A stretch of 48,037 nucleotides of DNA from an archaeon (GTDB taxonomy: Archaea; Asgardarchaeota; Hermodarchaeia; Hermodarchaeales; Hermodarchaeaceae). Shown here piece by piece: positions 1 to 7,769 of this stretch. The translations under genes were made by a program, and so were the position numbers. The notes beneath the pieces were generated by a model. That model was not told the DNA's origin. It ran no database searches and saw only the letters and a program-made list of their open reading frames with translations. Position 1 is the stretch's first letter, and each line of letters begins with the position of its first letter. The DNA is taken from the NCBI GenBank assembly GCA_016550485.1, contig JABXGV010000027.1, forward strand, positions 1 through 48,037, in the 5' to 3' direction.

Positions 1-360
1 TACTTTCTTACACCCAATGTGGTTAACTATCTGGTTTGGGTGTCCCCCGTATTCCGTCCACTCCTCAGCACAGCCTTCATAGCAATCACGCTGAAGAACG
101 TTAATGACATACTCTGGGGTACACTCATCCTTGTTTATCTTCGCCAAGCGATTCCGAGGGGCGACACTGCAAAAATGTTGAGTATCACTTTCACGATTGT
201 AGCGATTACCGGGCTATTCACACCAGTGCCTGCCGCCTTTGCATATACCTTTGTTGGTGCGCCTCCAGTCTTGATGGTATCGTTAATCCTGAACTTCGTG
301 ATTCTTGCAGTTCTGCTATTTGGAAATATCGAGCCGAGACCACTCTTGGAATCCGAGTAA
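1..360 (+). CDS. hydrophobic (membrane) protein, probably the C-terminal part of a gene starting left of the window (alternative GTG start at 19)
   Basis: Frame +1 is open from nt 1 to TAA at 358-360. The translation has several helix-length apolar runs (ITFTIVAITGLF, VSLILNFVILAVLLF). No family recognised. Antisense ORFs 135-365 and 218-400 look like shadows. Confidence 0.35.
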   Translation, partial: YFLTPNVVNYLVWVSPVFRPLLSTAFIAITLKNVNDILWGTLILVYLRQAIPRGDTAKMLSITFTIVAITGLFTPVPAAFAYTFVGAPPVLMVSLILNFVILAVLLFGNIEPRPLLESE

Positions 361-455
361 CACAAATCTTGCAGTTAATTGCTGGTCCTGATTCTCGCAC
401 TGGTTAAATAAGCTTTTTAGGTAAAGGGGGGATAGTAGCGCTATCTGATTAGCTG

Positions 456-2045
456 ATGGGGTTAATGATAATGAGTCCAGATGAACTTCCAAAGATTGAA
501 TTGTACCTAGACACCCGGAATAATACGTTACATCTTCCAGGGACAAGGCGCGTTTGCGGAAGGATTCCTGAGGAGCATCGTAAGGTGTTCACGGGATTCT
601 ACGAACCCTTCTTTGTGGAAAAAGGAATTTCCTATTGTGATGGATGCCTCGACGACAGCATGGTACTCTATCTCGCTATGTTAGAAAAGGACGCCCGATT
701 CTTCCTCGAGCATAAACGGATGCGGAACCCTTGGCTGCCCATGGGTCGCTTCCTCGGTAACGCAAGAACCAAAGAGCTGCATATGCCCGATTGCAGCTAT
801 ATTCGAAAAATGAAGGCATCGAACAAGCTCTATTACAGGTCACTTACTGACGCTAAGTTAAATGGTCATGACTGGTGCGGGCACTGCTTCCCTGAGCATC
901 TCTGGAAATATATCCTAGCCCTAGAATCCATCTTGATGAAGGGATTCCCAGATTACTTCAAATCGAAAATCTACGCTGATGCTAAGGGAATCGGAATGCC
1001 TTGTCACTCCTTTCTGAGCTATGTGGAGGGATGGGGCAAGGAAGAGGCGTTAGAGTTTTTGAAACAGGATCACTGTCGTTACATCTTCATGATATTTTCT
1101 GGTCAGCAAGGACCTACAGACGACACAGGAGACGAGGCAGACAAACTCCTATATCAAGATTTGACCGGTTCAGAACGCGTTCCAGAGAAGACCGGATGGG
1201 GCGGTCAATTCAAGATTCGATCGGTAACCAAGACCCCCACTATCGCGTCCATCTTGCATTTCATGTACGGCGACATTGGTCTCATCATAGACTTTCTGAA
1301 TTGTAAGTATGACTTCGCGATGGAGGAGTGGCAACAGCAACAATCTCTAGACAAGATGGAGGAGTTCTTCTTCTACAAGTTCTTCAGCGATGACCTTGAC
1401 CTTTCTGACAAGAAATTTTTCATCATTGGTGCAGGACGCGGCGGCATCTATGCACTGAAATTCGTCGATATCATGGCTAGGCGGGGGTTAAAGGAGAACA
1501 TCAGTGCAGTTGTCACAATAGACCCCACGATTAACCCGCTTAAGTACCCTGAGGATCGGCTGATTGACTACTTCGCCGTTCAAAAAGAAGGAGGCAGTCC
1601 TGACGAGTGGGAAACCATCGAAAAAGACGAATCCGTAGGTCCCTTTGTCCCTGATGAAAGGGGTGTAATCAGCATCGAGCACGGCGGCGATTCACCCGGA
1701 CATACGGCTGCTCCGTTGACGCCGACTCGATTCTTCGAAGTGCTGCATAGTAAAGCGGGAATTCCCTACTTCAACGTCTTTCAACGAAAGGCACTGGTGA
1801 ATATTTTTGGTGGTAGTGCCTTGATTCATCCAGTAGGTTCAGCTATTAAACGAGCTATATCACCCTTGGCTAGTGAATGGCCGGGAGCTGTAGAAGAGGA
1901 GTATTTGCGGCCTGGCGTAGCCCCGTATAGCCAGATGGACACTTCAATGGATAAACATACACCTGATATGATAGAAAAATACGCAGATTGGGTGATTTAC
2001 CTAGCGCGACGAAGACTCCCCATCATGGAAGTCCCTAGCGAGTAG
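456..2045 (+). CDS. hypothetical protein with two Ada-like zinc-binding modules and a GxGxxG motif
   Basis: Long ORF of 529 aa. aa 24-64 (LHLPGTRRVCGRI...YCDGC) and aa 107-146 (LHMPDCSYIRKM...DWCGHCFP) repeat a His-x-Pro...Cys / Cys-x2-Cys pattern. aa 321-356 (FFIIGAGRGGIYALKFVDIMARRG...AVVTID) resembles a beta-alpha-beta dinucleotide-binding signature. The rest is unassigned. Confidence 0.7.
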   Translation: MGLMIMSPDELPKIELYLDTRNNTLHLPGTRRVCGRIPEEHRKVFTGFYEPFFVEKGISYCDGCLDDSMVLYLAMLEKDARFFLEHKRMRNPWLPMGRFLGNARTKELHMPDCSYIRKMKASNKLYYRSLTDAKLNGHDWCGHCFPEHLWKYILALESILMKGFPDYFKSKIYADAKGIGMPCHSFLSYVEGWGKEEALEFLKQDHCRYIFMIFSGQQGPTDDTGDEADKLLYQDLTGSERVPEKTGWGGQFKIRSVTKTPTIASILHFMYGDIGLIIDFLNCKYDFAMEEWQQQQSLDKMEEFFFYKFFSDDLDLSDKKFFIIGAGRGGIYALKFVDIMARRGLKENISAVVTIDPTINPLKYPEDRLIDYFAVQKEGGSPDEWETIEKDESVGPFVPDERGVISIEHGGDSPGHTAAPLTPTRFFEVLHSKAGIPYFNVFQRKALVNIFGGSALIHPVGSAIKRAISPLASEWPGAVEEEYLRPGVAPYSQMDTSMDKHTPDMIEKYADWVIYLARRRLPIMEVPSE

Positions 2046-2051
2046 CCCTTG

Positions 2052-2705
2052 TTAGGTTCCTACAAGGTTTTGTCGCCAGTCACGAACGATTCGCCGTTCT
2101 CGCTTGAAATGCCCGAGTTCTCCTGCCCATTTTCCGCCGATAATGGCACCGAACGCCTCAGCGATGGCAAGAATGAGTGCAATTGCTAGTCCAATCCATT
2201 CCCCACTGAGGAGAAAGGCGAGGACCCCGAGCCAAGTAGCAGTTATTACGGTCCAAGCACCTGCGAAGAAGAAGAACCATTGGCGATGAGGCGGATGTGC
2301 AACTAGGTATGTTTCATAATTGATCTTGAGAGTGGGGAGGAAATAGATGTCCCGCGTGATGCCATCGAGGCGAATTCTAGTGATTTTGCCTATGATAAGG
2401 CGTCCGAATGGATAAAAGGCAACGATGGCTCCCCCCACTGTGCTACCTCTTATACTCATCACAACCATGATATCGTAGAAGAATTCACCAATGTAGGGTG
2501 GTCCAAGAGTTACCGCCCAAAGATGAACACTCACACAGAAGACACCACCAAGGAACCAAACAGCTAGCCATCCAAGAGGTTTTGGTTTTCCTAGACGTTG
2601 CTCGTAGAGGATGTCGCGTATTTCAGCGGCTTTTTTGACGACTGCTTGACTTGGTGAGGGCATGCGCTTAATTTTGCCGACGATTCGCCAGAACCTGCGC
2701 CGCAT
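2052..2705 (-). CDS. hypothetical polytopic membrane protein
   Basis: 217-aa ORF with about 5 hydrophobic helices (LGWLAVWFLGGVFCVSVHLWAV, WFFFFAGAWTVITATWLGVLAFLL, GLAIALILAIAEAFGAIIGG). Convergent with the 456-2045 gene. No family recognised. Confidence 0.55.
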   Translation of the reverse strand: MRRRFWRIVGKIKRMPSPSQAVVKKAAEIRDILYEQRLGKPKPLGWLAVWFLGGVFCVSVHLWAVTLGPPYIGEFFYDIMVVMSIRGSTVGGAIVAFYPFGRLIIGKITRIRLDGITRDIYFLPTLKINYETYLVAHPPHRQWFFFFAGAWTVITATWLGVLAFLLSGEWIGLAIALILAIAEAFGAIIGGKWAGELGHFKRERRIVRDWRQNLVGT

Positions 2706-2810
2706 TTTCGGATCAACGCTCTCTGGGTCAGCTGTGATCTGTTGATATATTTCTGTGAGTTCCTTTAACAGAATTAAACACCGACCATTCTTTGAGGTAA
2801 TGGGGGTTCA

Positions 2811-4442
2811 TTATCTCATTCGGCGATAAATGAATAATACTATTGTTATTCCGATTAGTAGACAGGTACTAGCAAGGAGTATGAGAGGTGCTAACCACGG
2901 ATTGATGAGAGGCTGGGGGATGAAGTCGACTGTGATGGTTTGGATATTACTCCAAGGCCCGAATAACCCAGCGGTATTGTAGGCTCGAACCCGGAAGTAA
3001 AATGTTCCTTCAGATTCCAACGTTACGGTATAGTTGGTTTCAGATGTTGTCCATGGGTCATCTGGCCAGTAAAAGAGCGGGGAGTTGTCCATCTGCAATT
3101 CATAACCAGCTACAGAGCCATCTGGGTCAAAGGGTTCTGTCCAAGACATCGGGATTACGCCGTCGCCATCGACATCCCCGGGGTTATAGAGCTTTATCGG
3201 GCCTGGAGCACTAACACCCTCAAAGTTAAACTTGGCAAGGAAGCCATCTCTGTCACCAACAAGCCAGCCATCGGTTTCACCAGAAACATAGAGACCATCG
3301 ACAGCGTAAGCGATATTTCGTGTTAAGCAGTCTTCGTTTCCACCCCAGCCTTTATTCCATTGCAGAACTCCATCTGGGTTAAGGTTAAAGAGGGTGACTA
3401 TTGTTGGCTGAGCTGGCCAGGAGGATCGGCCAGCAACGTAGACATCATCAGCTGTTGCGAAAAGGGAATAACCTGAATCTTCTGATTCACTGTTGTAGTT
3501 GTATGTCCAATTCCACTGCTGAAAGCCTGTTGAATTATACTTTAGGAGAATAAGATCACTGCTGCTGGACGTCTGGCTAGCTGTGGGTCCTGTGACATAG
3601 ACGCTTTCATTATGCGCTGCTACACCGTATCCCTCATCGAAATAGGTTCCACCCCATGTTGTGTTCCAGGCTTGCACGCCATTGGTTGAAAACCTAGCTA
3701 GGAATCCGTTGCTGGGTCCTCCACAATAGCAAGAATCTCTACCGGTGAGATATACACTATCCGATGTTATGGCGAGAGAAGCCCCAAATTCGTCTCCACT
3801 GAGCCCCCAAGTTGTAGTCCAGAGATGCTTTCCATTGAAATCGTACTTGACTAAGACCGCATCTGATCCACCAGCACCAAAGGAGCCAGTGCTGCCTGCC
3901 AAATAGATTCCGTCAGAGCCGATGGCAATATCGTTGAAGATGTCGTTTGCGCCACCGCCCCAAGAGACATTCCAGATTTCTGAACCTGCTAGATTGAATT
4001 TCACGAGAAGCCCATCAGAGCCTGCGCTTCCGGTTACGACTCTTCCGGCTACATAGATATTGTCTGTTGTTGTTTCAATGTCTAGAGCCTCCTCTGCAGA
4101 TGGAGTGCCCCAAGACCTATTCCACAACTGTAATCCTTCGGAGGAATATCTTACAAGGAGAATGTCGCTAATCCCAGCGCCGAAACTACTAGTAGTTCCC
4201 GCTGCATAGACTGCACCAATTGTAACCCCCGCACCCTGGAAACTATCCTGCTGTGACCCTAGCCACAATGTAGCCCACGGGTCACCAAACCCCCTCCATT
4301 CGTAGCGTACGGTGACTTCAAACCCTATACGAAATGGCACTAGGGCTGCTGAAAAGCCAACTCCAAGGATGATGGATACTATTGTAAGGAAGGCAGCAAA
4401 ACGCATTTTATTTGGCACGCAGAGAACACCGCACACTACCAA
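2811..4442 (-). CDS. secreted/anchored beta-propeller repeat (SBBP-like) protein with C-terminal FN3-like domain and TM anchor
   Basis: N-terminal hydrophobic signal/anchor (MRFAAFLTIVSIILGVGF). About 8 tandem ~55-aa repeats follow the pattern WG..(D/E)....IA...D.IY(V/L)(A/T)G.T.SFGAGGSD..LVKY...G...WN.(T/S)WG. Then an FN3-like segment (SVAGYELQMD...FYFRVRAYNTAGLFGPWS) and a terminal TM helix plus basic tail (LILLASTCLLIGITIVLFIYRRMR). Likely start is the Met at aa 13. Confidence 0.8.
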   Translation of the reverse strand: MVVCGVLCVPNKMRFAAFLTIVSIILGVGFSAALVPFRIGFEVTVRYEWRGFGDPWATLWLGSQQDSFQGAGVTIGAVYAAGTTSSFGAGISDILLVRYSSEGLQLWNRSWGTPSAEEALDIETTTDNIYVAGRVVTGSAGSDGLLVKFNLAGSEIWNVSWGGGANDIFNDIAIGSDGIYLAGSTGSFGAGGSDAVLVKYDFNGKHLWTTTWGLSGDEFGASLAITSDSVYLTGRDSCYCGGPSNGFLARFSTNGVQAWNTTWGGTYFDEGYGVAAHNESVYVTGPTASQTSSSSDLILLKYNSTGFQQWNWTYNYNSESEDSGYSLFATADDVYVAGRSSWPAQPTIVTLFNLNPDGVLQWNKGWGGNEDCLTRNIAYAVDGLYVSGETDGWLVGDRDGFLAKFNFEGVSAPGPIKLYNPGDVDGDGVIPMSWTEPFDPDGSVAGYELQMDNSPLFYWPDDPWTTSETNYTVTLESEGTFYFRVRAYNTAGLFGPWSNIQTITVDFIPQPLINPWLAPLILLASTCLLIGITIVLFIYRRMR

Positions 4443-4495
4443 ACAGGCTTCCTACTACTATTTGAGGGTTATTTTTGCGGTATTAGATAATAATC

Positions 4496-4939
4496 TCACA
4501 CTGATTTAAGGGCTTGTGAGATGCTTGCCGCGTTAGTGGCTAGCTCACTCCCTGTCGGCGACCGCCCATATTCTGGACCAACCTGTATCCGAAATCCATC
4601 GCCTCTAAAGCGTGGAACTATATGAAGATGGACGTGTAATACCTCCTGTCCTGCTACTTTACCGTCAGCTAGCCATAGATTCACACCATCACAACGGAGT
4701 CCAGAGCGCCGTAGAGCAGCTGATATTTTCACCCCAACCTTGAATATCTTTCCTCCTATTTCGGGATCTAGTTCAGCTAGATTCGGAGCATGTTCCTTCG
4801 GAATTATCAGTGTGTGCCCAGGGTTTATCGGTTTGATATCTAGGAATGCTACGACCTGATTGTCTTCATAAACTGTGTAGGAGGGCAGCTTCCCTGCTAC
4901 TATCTTACAGAATATACAGGATTTCTCTTCTTGGGTCAT
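4496..4939 (-). CDS. HIT (histidine triad) family nucleotide hydrolase/transferase
   Basis: CIFCKIVAGKLPS...VYEDNQVVAFLDIKPINPGHTLIIPKEH and the histidine triad HVHLHIVPR. Confidence 0.9.
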   Translation of the reverse strand: MTQEEKSCIFCKIVAGKLPSYTVYEDNQVVAFLDIKPINPGHTLIIPKEHAPNLAELDPEIGGKIFKVGVKISAALRRSGLRCDGVNLWLADGKVAGQEVLHVHLHIVPRFRGDGFRIQVGPEYGRSPTGSELATNAASISQALKSV

Positions 4940-4972
4940 TAGCTGACTCGCCTCTATAGCATTAAATCGGTC

Positions 4973-7588
4973 CTATAACTTAGGGCGTCGTTTCCGGAGG
5001 ATTGGAAATATCTGATCAGAGTTGATGATATGGTCACCATCCACCTTGACCGCGACTGGATGAAGCAAGAATGGTTCAGTTTGAGGACCACCAAGACCAC
5101 CATGGTTTCCTATCAGTTCCTCATATGCTGCTACTGTGCCGTCCTCATAGACCGGCGAGATTATGATGAGGCCGCCGCTGTTTTTGTATTCAGCGAGACG
5201 ACGCAGTTGTTCGACGCGGATTTTCTCTCGCCCATATTGCGTTAATGGGTTTTCACCCTTGACACGCCCTGTACGAAGCTTGATGGCCCCACCCTTACCA
5301 AGGAGAACAGGACCTTCATTTCTTCCTTCATCCACGATGACGATTCCGACACCCTCATGGGCTACAAGTTGATCGATGAACCCCGGATATTTCGCTTCCA
5401 AGTTTTTTCTGGTCACTCGCCTGACTCTGTGAGTGAAGTAAACGTGGGCTAGATTGCCGGAGGCACAAACGACGACATCTGCATCTTCGATATCCACCGC
5501 AGATCCCATCTTAATAGCCTCTGTTTCTCTTTTGAATAATCCTGGGGGTTGGCGGAGCCCGTTTTCTTCCGTATCCCCTATAGCCCGTCTATGCCCCTCA
5601 GCGATGTCTTCTGATAGCCCAGCGATGTAACCGTCGTGAGCATCCAATGCTTTAACCTCTCCCACCTTCGCTTTCCCAACGAGCAGTTCTGCAATGAATT
5701 CCTTTAAAGTGAAATCATATCGCTGGAGGAATGTCCAACCCCAGGACTGGCCATGGTCGGCAAGTAGAAACAACTCATAAGGACGGGGCGCATGAAGGTT
5801 GATAATCCGGAGAAGACGGCGAAGCTGTTTATCAATACCCCGCAGTGATTTCAATGCGTCAGTCGACATAGGACCAGAGTGATGAGCGATTTCATCATAC
5901 CCGAGGTAGGTAGCGTAGATGGCTGGGCAGCCTCTAAGAATGTCTTGGCTGACCATAGCGGTCACAATATCACGCATGAAAACGTTTGTCGCTGCACGAA
6001 CGAGGGGATAGCCGTGGGCAAACCGATTCATACGGGGCTTCCTTCGAGTAATAGTCTGTTTGATTATCTGCCCAATTTCAACAAAGATATCCCATATCGT
6101 GTGTATCATTGATCGGTTGAGGGCATAGGGATCAAGTAAATAGTAGTACAAATCTTCACTACGACGTCGGCTTGCTTTACTGTCTTCTTTTGTGAGAGTG
6201 CTCATGGTAAAGAAACTAAAGGAGGCATCACCAGAAATCAGATTACCCACACTTGACCCGCCATTTGTGAGAAGCCCCCTTCCTGAGGAAGCGCGTTCGT
6301 CAATGAACTTTGCATCGCTTGGACTGTTGGAGACAACTAGGCGCTTTTCTTCTTTGACGAACCAGCGGAAGGCTGGTATATCATCATTGTTGCCGTGGAG
6401 TATACCTGCCTGGCAGGAGGAGGTCATCGAGGGGATTCCGCAGTCCCACTGTATGACCTTATGGGTTCCTGAGTCCAACAGCTTCTGGACGGTTGGCATG
6501 TACTCCCGGCGAAGAGCCTCTTGGAGAGCCGCATAACCTAGCCCATCGATTTCAATGGCTACTAGTGCCGGCGTCTGGGGGACACCTTTCATACCTGCCT
6601 TGGCTTTGAGGCGCCAGCGTACAATGGATTGGAAGAATGACGAGTCTTCATCAATGCCCACAGCTGAGAGAAATATCGTGTTAACAGCTGAAAGAAGGAG
6701 GCTGCCGAGGAATGCATCTAACAGAAAGACGACGCTGAAATCGGGAAGGAATATTTGGAGATAGTACAAGATGAATGTATTGACGATGATGATGAGGACA
6801 AACGAGATAGCGAAGCCTAACCACCACCTAGCCGCCTGGGTTACTAGCTTTGTCACCAAGGGTCGTATTAAGAGATTGATTACAGCAAGGAGCGCTACTG
6901 TCAGGTAGGTAATACCAAGCCTAGTTAGTATATCAGTACCGGGAATACCAATCTCGATACCGGGAAGCAGAAAGGCAGTCCAAATTAGGCAAACCACGTT
7001 AAGATTCCAAATGAGAATAAGTCGTCCAATGTTGAGGCTTTTACCCTTGAGGTCGCCTAGTTGCCACATAAGGAAAGCGCCCACAAAGAATACGTTGATT
7101 GCCAAGACGACGAAGAATACATTTAGTACTTTGAACATAACTTGCCAGAGCCCTACCGTTGTAACGCCGGGAAAGAGAATTTCGAGAAAGTAACTTGCAA
7201 AGCTGGCAACGATGCAGAGGACTGAAACCCAGAGACCTACTGGGATTGCCCACCACTTCTTGTAAGCGGTTCCGAGCGCAACAATCATCCCTATGATTCC
7301 TGCAACTGCGAGAACCCATCCAAAGGTGAATAACCACGCGTTAATCATTGACAGGGTAAGGCCTGCTTCTGCCAGCCCACCTATTAGAGTAGCATATGTA
7401 GTAGGATCAGAGACTTCCAGCCAAGCTAGAAGATCCATTATTTGCTTTGGTGAGGTAAGAAGACTGCCTCCAAAAAGCCCTACAAAGAACATCACAATAT
7501 AATCGAACGCTGCAATTACTCGAACAGCTCGTGGAGCAACTTCGAATTTAACTGGACCTGTAGGTGTTTCATCAGTCAAAACCGTCAC
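4973..7588 (-). CDS. membrane-anchored alkaline-phosphatase superfamily protein (type I phosphodiesterase / nucleotide pyrophosphatase-like)
   Basis: The N-terminal ~330 aa contain about 9 hydrophobic helices. The C-terminal ~540 aa carry AlkP/NPP-type motifs (VAIEIDGLGYAAL, MPTVQKLL, GIPSMTSSCQAGILHG with a candidate Thr/Ser nucleophile, ADHGQS). A 33-nt gap separates it from the downstream HIT gene on the same strand. Confidence 0.8.
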   Translation of the reverse strand: MTVLTDETPTGPVKFEVAPRAVRVIAAFDYIVMFFVGLFGGSLLTSPKQIMDLLAWLEVSDPTTYATLIGGLAEAGLTLSMINAWLFTFGWVLAVAGIIGMIVALGTAYKKWWAIPVGLWVSVLCIVASFASYFLEILFPGVTTVGLWQVMFKVLNVFFVVLAINVFFVGAFLMWQLGDLKGKSLNIGRLILIWNLNVVCLIWTAFLLPGIEIGIPGTDILTRLGITYLTVALLAVINLLIRPLVTKLVTQAARWWLGFAISFVLIIIVNTFILYYLQIFLPDFSVVFLLDAFLGSLLLSAVNTIFLSAVGIDEDSSFFQSIVRWRLKAKAGMKGVPQTPALVAIEIDGLGYAALQEALRREYMPTVQKLLDSGTHKVIQWDCGIPSMTSSCQAGILHGNNDDIPAFRWFVKEEKRLVVSNSPSDAKFIDERASSGRGLLTNGGSSVGNLISGDASFSFFTMSTLTKEDSKASRRRSEDLYYYLLDPYALNRSMIHTIWDIFVEIGQIIKQTITRRKPRMNRFAHGYPLVRAATNVFMRDIVTAMVSQDILRGCPAIYATYLGYDEIAHHSGPMSTDALKSLRGIDKQLRRLLRIINLHAPRPYELFLLADHGQSWGWTFLQRYDFTLKEFIAELLVGKAKVGEVKALDAHDGYIAGLSEDIAEGHRRAIGDTEENGLRQPPGLFKRETEAIKMGSAVDIEDADVVVCASGNLAHVYFTHRVRRVTRKNLEAKYPGFIDQLVAHEGVGIVIVDEGRNEGPVLLGKGGAIKLRTGRVKGENPLTQYGREKIRVEQLRRLAEYKNSGGLIIISPVYEDGTVAAYEELIGNHGGLGGPQTEPFLLHPVAVKVDGDHIINSDQIFPILRKRRPKL

Positions 7589-7711
7589 ATCCTCAAAGTA
7601 GGAACTCGCAGACCCGACACGGCCATTATCTGCGAAATGGCAACACTCTATGCTGAAAGGCTTTGGAAGCTTAAAAGCTTCACCTCACCTTGTTATTGTT
7701 TAAATGCGAAA

Positions 7712-7729
7712 GCCTTTTTTCGAAAAGGC
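7712..7729 (+). other. UUCG-tetraloop hairpin in the aor upstream region
   Basis: GCCTTTT-TTCG-AAAAGGC, a 7-bp perfect stem about 40 nt upstream of the aor ATG and downstream of a TTTAAAT element at 7699-7705. Confidence 0.25.
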
Positions 7730-7769
7730 ACGCCGTCTCCAGTAACTCTTTGAGATAGGTGAAACACCG

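Noticed and set aside
5030-7502. Multiple 60-114-aa ORFs antisense to or out of frame with the 871-aa AlkP-family gene. The same applies to ORFs inside aor (8174-9091), the 1124-aa gene (16841-19945), kor genes (22074-23871), sdaAA (44262-45080) and arsM (46423-46860).
   Set aside because: All are fully embedded in longer ORFs with clear family motifs. They have no motifs of their own and show skewed, low-complexity composition.
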